64,000 bases of DNA from contig CAIIXF020000001.1 in assembly GCA_903813345.2 (NCBI GenBank), positions 21,080,001 through 21,144,000 of the forward strand, written 5' to 3'. Position 1 is the first letter of the stretch, and each line of letters opens with the position of its first letter. This DNA comes from Owenia fusiformis. Its lineage: Eukaryota. Both the position numbers and the translations under genes were made by a program. Shown here one piece after another: positions 1 to 12,633 of the stretch. Under the pieces are notes generated by a model. That model worked only from the letters and a program-made list of their open reading frames with translations, was not told where the DNA came from and ran no database searches.

Positions 1-114
1 TTTAATTGATTGATATGTTCTTATTGATGCATAAAGTATTAAATGTCAGCATACACCAATGATTATATGAAATATTATAAAAATTAACATGCATATATTT
101 GCATATATTTCTAG

Positions 115-278
115 ATGACAATCCAGACTCTCCATTTGAACCTGACCCTGATTACCCAAGAACATTCAACATTGGGGACCTTGTGTGGGGGCAGATAAGG
201 GGATTCCCCTCATGGCCAGGAAAACTTGTACACGAGGTGGATGTGAAGAACAATAAAGAAACACCAGAGGATGGAAAG
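115..278 (+). CDS. MBD5: MBD5-like PWWP protein, internal exon (PWWP N-terminal half)
   Basis: ctag|AT acceptor and AAG|gtagg donor. Encodes [26 protein letters not shown]...PEDGK, matching the MBD5 PWWP as I recall it ([22 protein letters not shown]). The gene starts upstream of the window. Confidence 0.88.
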
Positions 279-818
279 GTAGGGCTTTCTGTAGCTGTAT
301 GTTGTCGATGTAGCTGTTGGTAGCCTTTTTGTAACTCTGTATAACCTTTTGTTAGTCTCTTTCCATAGCTGCAACTAGCCTTTCTGTAGCTATATCCTTT
401 CTATAGCTGTGCATCGCAGAGACTTGTGTTGAAGCATTTCTTGATTTTGTGTTACAATTCCACCAACCCTACATAATTAGAACAATTTAATGATTACTAG
501 AAAGATATAATTATGTGTGGGAGAAGAATATCTAGTTTCTGTTTTGACATTTGCTTTCTAACAGACAAGGGAATCATGTTTCAGTAGCAACATCGACAAT
601 TCTCTCCAAAGTGTTACACAAAATAATGTCATGGTATTGCAAACCCAATTAGTTCAATTGGTCAACATGTTCCTGAAATAAATCATTATGTAAATCTTAA
701 ACTTCTTCCTCTTGCCAATTAGATGCAAATATGCAGTTTTTCTTCTTAATATGTAACTAAAAAACACATTCTAATTAATATTCTTTCATGGGACCATGCC
801 TTGCTTCCCAATATTTTA

Positions 819-1881
819 TTATCCCATCGAACGAAGTTCGGAGGGATATAGGGAACGCCGTCCGTCCGTATGTCCGTACGTACGTCCGTCCGTACGTCCG
901 TCCGTCCGTCCGTCCGTACGTCCGTCCGTCCGTACGTACGTCCGTCCGTCCGTCCGTCCGGGCAATAACTCAAATACCGTTGGCCCGATTTTGTTCATAT
1001 TTTGTACACATATACCCTATGGGGGTAGAAGTTCTGCTCGAAAGCCGATTTTCAAAATGGCCGCTCATTTCAAACTGGCCGCCATTTTAGTGCCGAATTT
1101 ACAGTAATTTAGGTGCAATATGTAAAACTGTAATACCAATATGTTTTAGATGTAAAAAAATTATATAGGACATTAATGAAGCTAGAAATGTAGATATTAA
1201 AGAAGCACATGGCAGCCATCTTGAAAAATGGCGGACTTTACTCGTTATTTTACGATTTTTGCTGTAACTCGAAAAGTAGTGGAGCGATTTTGTTCATATT
1301 TGGTATGTGAATACTATAAACATTGCACACTGTCTAAAGACACTCTTAGTAGAAGGTGGCCATTTTGAAAAATGGCCGCCATTTTGAAAAATGGCCGCCA
1401 TTTTAACGTATTTTACTATAACTCGAAAAGTAGTGGAGCGATTTTGTTCATATTTGGTATGTGAATACTATAAGCATGACACACTGTCCTATGACACTTT
1501 TGGTGGAAGGCGGCCATTTTGACATTTTAACGTATTTTACTATAACTCGAAAAGTAGTGGAGCGATTTTGTTTATATTTGGTATGTGAATACTATAAGCA
1601 TGGCACACTGTCTAATGGCACTTTTGGTAGAAGGTGGCCATTTTGAAAAATGGCCGCCATTTTAACGTATTTTACTATAACTTGAAAAGTAGTGGAGCGA
1701 TTTTGTTCATATTTGGTATGTGAATACTATAAGCATGGCACATGATCTAATGACACTTTGTGTAGAAGGCGGCCATTTTGAAAAATGGCTGCCATTTTTG
1801 CTATATCCTTTGTTTGTAAAAATGCCATCCATGGCTGTTCGATGGGATTCGCTACGCTTTGGCGTTGCCGTTGTTCTGGTT
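819..1881 (+). mobile_element. DINE-1/HINE-like non-autonomous Helentron, family A copy 1
   Basis: 5' TT, subTIR atcccatcgaac (821-832) inside the stem-loop tatccc..gggata, GTCC microsatellite, and internal 125-154 bp repeats. 3' subTIR gttcgatgggat (1837-1848), hairpin acgc-tttg-gcgt, ends ctggtt. Confidence 0.85.
858..960. repeat. (GTCC/GTAC)n microsatellite inside HINE A
   Basis: About 25 tetranucleotide units read directly. Confidence 0.95.
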
Positions 1882-1920
1882 TACACAAGACATCATCTCT
1901 TATGTAATAGATGATATGTG

Positions 1921-2117
1921 CAGGGTGATTCAGAAGTAACGTCAAAGGTGTTGCCATTTCACATGAGGTTACCATAGTTACCATAAATTCAACCAATCAA
2001 GGATTTGAGGAATACACTCAATAATGGTTGGGGAACATCTGCACCAAGTTTCAAGAAGATTGATTTAATTGTATTGAAATGGCAACATCTTTGAGGGTAC
2101 CCTTCTGGATAACCCTG
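1921..2117. mobile_element. Tc1/mariner-type MITE
   Basis: About 40-bp imperfect TIRs cagggtgattcagaag..tgttgccatttca / tgaaatggcaaca..cttctggataaccctg; TA on the right flank. Confidence 0.7.
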
Positions 2118-2666
2118 TATTGTTATTATTAATCTTTTATTCTAATGCTTTATGGGCATAGAATCTCTACTCGAGAATGAATCTCTTGGTTCTAGGGAGT
2201 GATTTGATTGTTTTTTCAGTGCGTTTTTTTGTCTCCAGGGAGTTGCTTTTTCTATTTTTTTTTATTACATTGAAACATCAAAAATTACATGTTGTTTTCC
2301 ATTAATCAAAGTGAAAACATCTCAATTAGTAAAGCCTAATCTGTTAAAGCAAAATCAATATTTGACATAATCTCTGCATGATTGATTATTTCAAGTAATG
2401 TATGGACTTTTATTTTGCATGTTTATTGGTTTTGACCATGTTGTTTAAAATGTGTGATAAAAATGTGTTGGCTTAGATTTTCATGTTAGAATGTTTTATT
2501 GGTTGATATCATTTTTATATCACCACCAGAAGTTGCGACATATTGTTACAGTCTCCATCATTTTTGTGGATGGTGTTTGGTGGTTGGTGTTCGGCATTCA
2601 GCGTCTTTAACAAATGGCAGGTTCGATTGTTGCTTAATAAGCAATATTCGAATAGGTTGTGACGTT

Positions 2667-2863
2667 ATTGGCCCCCACGTGATCTTTCACTGGTTCCCAT
2701 GTGGCCTGTTTTGGTCCATTAAATTATGACGTCACAATGCCAAGATGTTTTGTTATTTGTTTACACAACAATCATATGGTTGCCGTGACGTCGTGATTAC
2801 CAAGGAACAAATAAACCAAAACTATATAATATGTATGATGTCACTAATCACGTGGGGGCCAAT
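2667..2863. mobile_element. Small inverted-repeat element (MITE-like)
   Basis: Perfect 17-bp IR attggcccccacgtgat / atcacgtgggggccaat. Confidence 0.55.
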
Positions 2864-4360
2864 GTGATTGATCAGTTAAGAGGGTGGTTTCCTAAAGCCG
2901 ATGGACGAGTGCGCATCATTCTCGCGCATCTCACTTTCGGTTTCGGTTTCGATGCCGTGATTTTGTTATTATGTATATTACTCAAATAAATAAAACTTAT
3001 GTTCAAAATGAATGAAAATGGCTTTATAATATTTATTTGGGGTGAGAGAATTAGTTGCACGGGAAAATAAGACACTCTATTGTCGTAATTTTTGATCGTC
3101 TCTGAAACTCCTCACCAATTATCGCCCACCTAGAAACAAGATGCTGCACTGATGACGGGACGATTTCAGTCTCAATCGGGCAAACAGTGGAGAATCGTAG
3201 CATTAAACATCATAACAACTGTTTATGAAGGTAAGAAGTATCGAATTCAATATCATTTTCCTTTTGTAATCGATCAAAATCACCATATTTAAAGGTAGAA
3301 ATCGCTTCCTGGTTCTCGATCGGGAATTGTCATTTGCGTAGTCTAATATTGATTTGAAAATTCTCATAAATTCCCTTGAAATTTAGTATTTAATGTAATA
3401 ATTTGGTATGCTAATAGTAGATGGTAGTGTTATATATAAATACAATGGATTATTCTGTGATCGTATTCATATAATCACTGAAATTCTTCTTAAAATTACA
3501 TATGAAATTATTTTGGGTGATCGATTCGTCATGACCTTGATCTTACAAAGCCCATGTTCAAACTCAACAGGTTTTCATGTCCCAGAGACCTCCCATGCGG
3601 GCAGAGTCGGGAAATCTTAAATGAAATGTTAACTATATTTGACTGCCTATCACAGTAAAAGTACATTTTGATGTGGGTAAAAAGATAATTTTGTAATGGA
3701 AAATTACATGTACTTGTTTCGTGTACATGTATTAAAAGTGTCCTGTGCGGGAGTACATGGCAATCACATGCAGTTATCATCAATAAATATTTGACCTATA
3801 TATAGCATGGGGCCTGGTTTCTTATCTGGCATGTCTTATGGCCCCGGCGTTGAACTAGGGTACGGATAAACATGCTACACGTAGGCCTACTGTACATGTG
3901 CTGTACTGCAGTATAGTTGAAACTGTACATTTATATATTTACTGTATCGGTATTAGATATCATAGAACATCATATGACGTCTCAAGTTTCATTTTATTCT
4001 TGATATACTTTCAAACTTTTCCATGTATTTCAGATGACAAGTTACCCAAAACAACAAACAACGGTTTTATGGACCACTAACAGTTGCGTCAAAATGATTG
4101 GGAGGTTGAGGAAGTTATTATGATTAATGATAAATTATCATGCAATGCAGTTCACTGCAGTTAGATCCTTTAGATGACTGTCACGTCATTGTCGACATAG
4201 GCCATACATACTTGTCCAGTCAAATGACCTGGACGTTTTTGAGTACAGGTAATTGTATAAATGACATGTAATATATTGTTCAAGTCATATAGATAGATGT
4301 TATATCACCTTTGCCTGTGTAGGCAATGACTACAGAATACAATAAATGAATAGACATTAA

Positions 4361-4723
4361 AGGGGCAATAAGGCTTGTAGAGAGAAAATAGGAAAATTTT
4401 AACTTTTTCTGAGCTATCAAGTCAAAAGTTGGATTAACATCTTCTTCGACATACTTATTTTCTTAAAATGTATGGATAAACTATCAATTTTGGCATTAAA
4501 AAGTGTAAAATCAGTTCAAAGCTTCAAAAAGGGGACGTCCACTTTTATATTTTTAAGATCCACCATGTTTTAAGAGGAATATAAGCTGAAATAATGATTA
4601 TCTAGGGGGTTTCTTTGGAGAAAATAAAAATAGATGTTAGTCTTGATGAAATATCCAAACTAAATATATTTTGACACTGGTCCATGATCGTTGAATGGCC
4701 CCTCTGCACTACTTGTTGCACCT
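4361..4723. mobile_element. TTAA-targeting MITE (Kolobok-like)
   Basis: ttaa|aggggcaataag ... cttgttgcacct|ttaa. Confidence 0.6.
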
Positions 4724-4957
4724 TTAAGGCAATCATTATATGATAATCATGACACTTTTTGACAGGTGTAACTCAATTCCCATCCGATTGAGCCCAGATC
4801 AAAATATGCCTCAAAATATCATGTTTCTGGCTAAACAGAAAGATGCAATAAGTATCAAAATGGCATGGATACTTTGATATATGGTATCAAGTGATCTTTC
4901 CAGCTGGTACTAAAATAACTTCAAGTCTAGTTGTTTTTGTAATAAATAGATTATATA

Positions 4958-5539
4958 CAAGGTGGGCCAAAAAATCCATTGTAACTTTTAGTCATGTATT
5001 ATCTTCAATACTTTAGGAAATTGAAAAAATAATTCATTGTCAATATTGTGTAAATATAATTATTGAATATACAAGCTCAAGCTTTAATTACTCACTTCAA
5101 GGATTTCCTGAACACATCCTCTCTATCCACCTGAACAATCAGTCTGAGACATATTATGCCAGTTTTAAAAAAAAGCTGAGGTCAGTAAGCTATATTATCC
5201 AAGGGAGAGATGGTTAACTTCTAGAGATAACAACATATGTTTTAATTGATGAAAAGTGTTGTGAGACCATTTGCAGGGCACATATTGTATGTTAAAAAGA
5301 TGATTTCAGCAGTGATGGCTCATGCTGAGAAAATTTGAAATTCGTCATGACACATGTCTGCATGTAGAATACAGATCATGATCAATTGACAAGCCAAAAA
5401 TAAATACATACACATTTTTAAATTTAACATGTTCACCAGTAATCATTTTACAGTTATCTGAATTTTTGTTGATTGAGCTGCAATAATAAAGAAAATTGAA
5501 GAAATGGAAAAATTTTCTAATTGTTATTGGCCCACCCTG
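4958..5539. mobile_element. Tc1/mariner-type non-autonomous element
   Basis: ta|caaggtgggccaa ... ttggcccaccctg|ta, with TA target duplication. Confidence 0.65.
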
Positions 5540-5718
5540 TAGATATGTAAATTTACAACATATTAATTTATGTTCTGCAGGCCTTGTCTCCAAAGATGTC
5601 TTGGGTGCCCAGAAAGTTGGCTTCAGTGGAGTACGTTACACCTGACTAACAGTCATTTGACATTATACAAAATTAGCTAGAGGTACAGAATGTAAGAGGT
5701 AAGAGAACAAGTAATATA

Positions 5719-6153
5719 CAGTAAAATCTGTCCAATCTGAACATCATTGAGAATGGTCAGAAAGCAATCGGATGGGGAGAAGTATTGATTTCGGTTTCTC
5801 TATCCGCAAGATTGTGGATTTTAACGCATTCTCAATGAATATTAATATTTCTATTGACCATTTGGCTTCATGGCATCCAAAATCTGAGGCCATTTCATAT
5901 TTTTCAGAATTTCATATCAAATTAGTCTTAGATTTAAAATATTTGAACAGTTTTGTAAAAATTGTGGAAAGTGTTCAATTAACACATGTTAAATTTTCAA
6001 ATATGAGTGTCCACTGTTCGAATTAGGATGTTGTCAGATTTCAAGGTTTTAACATGGGAGTCAAGGCAATGGGAGGAAAAATGGAGCCAGAAATTGTGTT
6101 AGCATTTGAAGGTATTTGGATCAGCCAGGTGTTCAGATATACAGGTTTTGCTG
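5719..6153. mobile_element. TA-flanked MITE (pogo/Tc1-like)
   Basis: ta|cagtaaaatctgtccaatctgaaca ... tgttcagatatacaggttttgctg|ta. Confidence 0.6.
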
Positions 6154-8746
6154 TATGGGATTAACTCATCATTTTTATTATCAAAATAAGATTATAAGTA
6201 AAATGTTTGCATCTAATTAAGTAATGATAACCTTCTTGCCTAATTCAAAAAGAAAACTACACATAGGCCTTCATAATTTGGTCCTGATTACAATTTTAAC
6301 ACCATGATTTGAATTCCAATACTATGTAACTATAAATTTGGATAATGTTATGCTTGAATGAAGTAACTGCATTCATATTTCTTTTATATCATAGTGATAC
6401 ATGCAATTTGTTACTTTTGTGTGATATTCAATTTCAGGTATGATCCACATTATTGGTCTTGGGTATTCTTGTATGACTCAGCCCTCTTAGAGTATGTAAG
6501 CAAGCACATGCTACAGAAGGATATGACCAGTGAGGCAATAATGAGTTTGACAAACGAGTCCATGGCAGAAGTGGAACTTACTGAGCACATTGACTTTATT
6601 TAATTTTCTCTGTCTATCTTTGGATTTATGGTATTTATGGCATTCATAATATAGACAATGGACACAGAACAAAAAGAACAGCATCTGTTTTAATGACAAT
6701 ATCTCTCAACAGCTCAAGAGAATGTGTTCCCTGTAAACACCATTCCTAAACACATGTAGCTATGTACAGGGTATACTTAATTATGAACTACAGAACACTT
6801 TATTCTTTTTCGGGATTTTAAAAAAGTGATATGTAGTTATTCTGATAAAAATAAATCTATATTTTATGCATATTTTGTCATGTACATGATTTTATTATAC
6901 ATGTCATGCCTATAGCCTGCTTTTGCTAAAAAAATCAAAAAATTCCAGGGGGTTCACATTTGACCATTTTGGCCCAAAAATGACAAAAATCACTTGAAAA
7001 ATGCTCAGAATGGTGAACATTTTTGGCCAGGGGATTCACCCAACGAACCACTGGCTATGGGCCTGCATGTACACAATGTAAATAGACATAACTATTGGTT
7101 GTCATAGCAACAGATTATTGGGACAATGCCTAAGCTCCACATCAATAACAATATTCATTTGTTTATAATAATAGTATTACAATGATGAAACTTTCCAAAA
7201 GAATAATATTGATACTAAATGATCATGGAACTATAGCCAATTCGGGCAATTTAGACAATAAGGGACTGGACGTATTGGTTGGAAAGGGTATATTGACTAT
7301 ATGCATTAATTATGCTGTATTTTTACTTCAAAATAAACTTTATATTTTTCGGTGTCATTTTTGAAGAAATAAATGAAAATTTTAACATAATAAAGTATTA
7401 GTTGGAAAGAACTCTAAATTGCTGTTCAGTATGGTGATTTTCTCATTTAAATACAAAATATACTCGTCTATTTAAAAATACAAAATAATTCAGTTATGAC
7501 GTCACAATCAATATGCAAATGAGCTAATTTGCATAAATGTAATTTAGAAAAATTGAGCTCTATTTTTTCTTTAATATGATATAAATTTTATCAAAATCGA
7601 AGAAATATTGGGGGAGTTATGTGTAAAAAACACTTTCTTGTCATTATTTTTGTGGTTACTATGGAAACGAGCATTTGGGCACTTAAGGTCCACATTTCAT
7701 AATTTTTAACAAGTGAATCCCAGAGGTAGCACTATGAGCTTTCCAACGGTACCAACTTTATCCATAGCCCTGTGTCATAAGTGTACATTTATAATTGCTT
7801 TCCTAGCACTTTTGGGCCATCATTTAGACTACCTACAATAGAAAGGGCAATTATCGGACATGTTAAGAGTGATTTTAGTGTTTTGGGGGTATGGTTTTGA
7901 TTTGGCTGTAGAAAAAAAATTAGCTCGGTGACCCCATATTTTTTTCGGGTCATTATTTTAACAATTGAACGAAGTTTAAATTAATGAAATATAAAAAAAA
8001 GTTATTGTTGGGAAATTACTATTATTTAATGTTATTATAGGGGAGAAAATACATTATTTTTCCCATTGAAATACAATGAAAAGGTCAATTTAGGGGATAT
8101 CTAAGAGTGATTTTTAGTGTTTTGGGTATGATTTTGTTTTGGCTGTAAAAAAAATTCGAGCACGGTGACCCTAATTTTTTTTGGTCTCATTTTTCTTAGA
8201 ATTGAACAAAGTTTCACATATAAAAAAATAAAAAAAAATTATTGTTGGCATCATTTACGCAACCACCCTCTTAATTCAGTATGCTGTTAAATTAGAAAAA
8301 AGCAATGATAACAAATTGTTTCAATTAATGGCGTAATAATTTGGATTTGTTATATCATATCCAGTCATCTAGTTATAACTGCCCTTCTATCAAAATCTAT
8401 AATATACAGCCATTTGTTTTGAGTATTGCTTACAAAACATGTTTGACAATCATTTTTTCAACAGAATTGAATTGATTTTGTTCCAGTAAAGCATTAGAGA
8501 GTAGAGATACCACTTTATGTAGGAGCCTGGGAGGAAATAGAGTTTGTGTCACATTATATGGAAACTGAATAGTGTGTGTATTGGTTGAATAGTGTTTGAT
8601 TGGTTGAACGTTATGGAATATGATCAGCCATGCCCAAGAGCTCCCTTTTCACGTTCATGTTCATTCCCTTGGTCAATTTTAAATCAGTATATACATGTAC
8701 TGTATATTATTCTAGCAATTCGATGTCATAATCTATTTTACTTCAG

Positions 8747-8859
8747 CTATGGGTGAAGTGGTTTGGGGACCATACATACACACAGGTGGAACCATGTAAG
8801 CTGAAGACATTATCAGAGGGCTTGGAAGCACACCACAGAGCCAGGAAGAAACACAGAAG
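8747..8859 (+). CDS. MBD5: MBD5-like PWWP protein, penultimate coding exon
   Basis: ttcag|CTA acceptor and AG|gtaag donor; joins the previous exon in phase 0. Encodes LWVKWFGDHTYTQVEPCKLKTLSEGLEAHHRARKKHR. Confidence 0.88.
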
Positions 8860-9418
8860 GTAAGAACACTGCTCTCAGTAAGAAAAATGGACTATGTTTT
8901 CAGTCTATTAGAGATATGGAGAATTAGGCATCTTACTCTGAGAGGTAGAAGGATGAAGAAACATGGAAGATCTTTTTTTTAAAATCTCTTGCATGTATGT
9001 AGATCATGATCAAAGAGAACATACTACTATCAGTTTTATTTATTCATGATGCATAATTAATGATCATTAATGGAGATACGAGACAAACTAATAATAGAAT
9101 CCTATAGAAGATCCTACTTAATAGTCCTGCCTACAAAGGCAAAGCATACTATATAGTCCCTTATACATAATTCACATGTTGTGAATTTGTAATAATCTTT
9201 GATACCAAGTCTGTCTGGGAAAGGAACCAACTACACCATGGGACAAGGGTGCTACATGTGACTGTACTACTGACCTTCATTTTTGCAAAATATGTATTCA
9301 GGGTTTGTGAAAAACATTATTTTTTACAACTTCATGATCAAAGATTTTAGACAGAGAATTCAAAGTGTATATCAACTGTTGTCATAAAAATTCATCTCAA
9401 AAATCTTTGTTGTTTTAG

Positions 9419-9545
9419 AGGCCGGAAGATGAATACGAACCTTGAGGCAGCCATCAATGAGGCAATGGCGGAACTAGACAGGATGACATCGGTTGATGAT
9501 GAACTTGACGCAAAAAATAAAGCCGGAAAAAAGCGCAAAAAATAA
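9419..9545 (+). CDS. MBD5: MBD5-like PWWP protein, last coding exon
   Basis: ttttag|A acceptor, phase-2 join. Encodes GRKMNTNLEAAINEAMAELDRMTS...GKKRKK, stop TAA 9543-9545; LEAAI.EAM.ELD.M is the MBD5 post-PWWP helix. Confidence 0.88.
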
Positions 9546-9794
9546 CTCAGCTTGGTTGTTAGCATTAGACTTGATGAATGAAGAACACCGTGATCTTTAC
9601 AAACAAGATCTTTGTTCTCCGTGTTGTCATTATGAAAGTGCTGTATTGGATAACTAAGATATTATATGAATGTTGATATCAATTTCTGTATTGATTCAAC
9701 CTTCACTACATGCTCTAGTATCATATCAACTATCACCAACACAATACATACTTATGTGATCTATGAGATGATATAACACAATAGGACAATATAA

Positions 9795-10435
9795 GTTATT
9801 GAATGATTTGAAGTGCAATACAGGATATATTCTGTTCGAGAAATTCCGTATTGGAACGAGACGAAGTCGAGTGCCAATACAGAATATCGAGACAGAATAT
9901 ATCCTGTATTGCACTTCAAATCATTCAATAACGTTTTTATCGTGTGATCTTCTGTATTGCTTAACAAGGTGACTTTGGGATGTTGCTATCGCAAAGCGCA
10001 CCTTAAAATGAATCAAGCAATGGTTAGTGTTACAATAACATAAGAATTAGCCAACCGGTTCGTTGCACATGATATATGCCTTGAGGGGTGGATACTGTTG
10101 TCAATCATAAACCCGACTTATACTTAAAGTATAAGTCAAACATTTATGATTCACAACAACACAGGAATTAAATTATATTACATTTATTTTACTCAAGTTT
10201 GGCTTGGGGTTCCCTGAACGTCTTCCCGGAGATTGAAATACGGATCGGTAAGTCAACAAATCTAACTGTTAAATAAACTCGATCCTCTGTATTGCTACTG
10301 AGATTGTCCCTCCGTACCAATATTTTCTGTATTGCGACGGAGATTATCAACGGGGACAATCTCAGTAGTAATACAGATTGGTACAGCACAAGAACTGACC
10401 AATCAGAGAGCTTCATTTTACAGATCATACGATAA
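9795..10435. mobile_element. Foldback-ended repeat, copy 1 (possibly Crypton-type non-autonomous)
   Basis: 138-bp palindrome 9795-9932 with 41-bp perfect arms; inner IR ctgtattgctactgagattgtccc / gggacaatctcagtagtaatacag. Second copy at 61849-62608. Family assignment is tentative. Confidence 0.7.
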
Positions 10436-12204
10436 TATAGGTTATCAACCAAATGGTAAAGGCTGTGCTTATGCGGAATATTGAGAGCATTTGTGTCAGA
10501 TATATTAATTCAATTCACCAAGGAATATACATAGTACTATATTGCATCAGAGAGGAGTAAACAAGAAATTAAGATACATGAAGTGAATATACATTGAATC
10601 GAAAAATTAAGTAAATGCATTGCTTCATCCTTATAGATCAGACTTAATATTTCATGAAAAGTATGACTTTTTGAACACTGTTGTGCAGTAGGAAGATGTT
10701 GGTACACTATGCATTCATAAATAGCACACTTTACATATGTTTTAAATGATAGAATGTTTGTTTATTTTATGCTTGATAAATAAGTTGCTGGACTGATAAG
10801 CAAGTGAAATGTAATAGCTTTGCACCAGGTCCATATTTACCCCCACCTCCTAACAACTATTCAAGTATGAAAATTGATGCATGACTAATATTATTTTATC
10901 AACCAGATTTTTCTAATGAATGTATATATAAGTCTATAACACAGACTCGAATTGATTCCTTATTTATTTACAGTACTCTTATATTGACTATGTTTGCTTG
11001 AGCCTGAGCTTTGGACTAAGTATGTTATACAAGATATATAATAAAGAAATTGTAATATGTCTAGCACATTTCCCTAATCCATGTCAACCACAATGTACAT
11101 ATTATATAAGATCCATGTGTCATTAAGGAAGAATGATTCTACAAAACAAACTAATGCTATACTTAGAATTTTAATTACTTGGCTTTACATGGAGCAACAT
11201 ATTCATATCAAGCAAGAAAATATCAAAATGTTTCCAATCAGAAGAGTAAATAAATGAATGAATGGCTTTACTGGAACTTCTCCATTGATCTAGTTTTAGA
11301 TTAATAAAGGTCCAATTCCCAGATGATAAACAAAGATATGAGTTTATCGAGGTGTTAATTTCTAATTTCTGATTTATTATCAAATCTGAGGAAATAGAAA
11401 TTGACATGCCAGTTTGCATTCTGAATTATTGGCATTCAACAATGTATTTATGTAAATATTGTATTGTTATGTATAGTATTTATTATGCAGCCTATATAGT
11501 GGTGTACATTATCTGTATAGTTGTACAAAATTTATTTGTATATATTCATAGTACTGTACAGTTTATCTTGTCAAATAAGAAAAATATATATATTCATGGT
11601 TATATGATAACCATTATTAATTCCACTAATATTACAGTATATAACTATTAATTAATGATTATGTATGATGACGCTTTTTGTCAATTGTCAAATTACCTAT
11701 TTTTCTTTGTTGCAAATAATGACGTTTTGCTATTACCTGGTTGGAATGTTTACAGAAAAATATGAACAGAATTATGTATAATGACAATTCATGTTTTGAT
11801 TGTTGAAATTTTATATATGTCAGCCCTTGAGTTTTATGAAGGTGTGGAATATTGTTAACAGTTATGTCACCGTTCTTTATTATATGGCCAAATTGATCAA
11901 GTTGTGTAAATCAACATTGGGATGGTTCATTTAAGATTATCTCTTCACCACATACATGCCAAAATGTAGTGACAATTGACAAATGTTTATTTAACATACG
12001 TTTATAAATCATGTTAGGAGAAACTTTTTCTAAAAATTTAGAAAAGTTAGGGAATTTTTCCATTTACTTTGCTTATGAAGTAGTTTAATGAATGATGTTG
12101 GGTGGTTTGGGCTGGTGGATTTTGATTTATATTTTCCTGCTTTAATACTTCTGCATGTATTCTATACAAACCCTGTATATCATTGTTATGATTTTAACAG
12201 CTTG

Positions 12205-12633
12205 TTATCCCACAGAACAAAGTTTGAGTAGAGATACAGAGCACAGGATTTCACTTACCTTAACAATAGAGAAGTCATTTGTTTGAGGTCCCTAAATCCC
12301 TTCTAGTGTCCAGACAATATCCAGCTCAAATACTGGTTGTTGAATTTTGTTCAAAATTTTATATGCTGATGTTTTTTGGGCATAGGTCCTCATTTTCAAT
12401 ATGGTCACTCAATTCAAAATGGCCACCATTTTTCATAAAAGTTATTATTTTGGCTGTAACTTTTCTGCCTTTTCATGCACCACAAACTTGAATCATATTT
12501 GAAATAACACTGCTTTATAGGTTTGAATTTTGTGATAAATCAATGGCTAAGCTATTGAAAAAGGTAAGTGATTTGATAAAATAGGTCTTGTTCAGTGGGA
12601 TTTGCTAATCCATGAAGTTTTAGTATTTTAGTT
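12205..12633 (+). mobile_element. Degenerate HINE related to family A
   Basis: 5' ttatcccacagaacaa and 3' ttgttcagtgggat (12588-12601), one mismatch in 14 bp; ends tagtt. Confidence 0.55.

Larger units (their letters stand above)
3152..6603 (+). pseudogene. Five-exon spliced pseudogene of unknown protein inside the TTAA element
   Basis: Exons 3152-3230, 4034-4248, 4766-4906, 5581-5698 and 6438-6603 have GT-AG borders with compatible phases (1,1,1,2). About five in-frame stops and one frameshift. Confidence 0.6.
2880..8270. mobile_element. TTAA-flanked DNA transposon relic (Kolobok- or Sola3-like) in the MBD5 intron
   Basis: TTAA at 2876-2879 and 8271-8274. TIRs gagggtggtttcctaaa / tttacgcaaccaccctc (15 of 17 match). 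Subterminal direct repeat near 7860 and 8100. Superfamily not resolved. Confidence 0.6.

Noticed and set aside
746-1107. ORFs with VRPS/DGRT repeats
   Set aside because: Translations of the GTCC microsatellite in HINE A; the same applies to 26688-27023.
5102-5180. Extra exon of the nested pseudogene
   Set aside because: It lies inside the Tc1-type insert and its phase does not fit; the neighbouring exons join without it.
7172-7831. Non-autonomous Academ-like element (tagt..acta ends)
   Set aside because: The TIR match is short and gapped, with no clear TSD.
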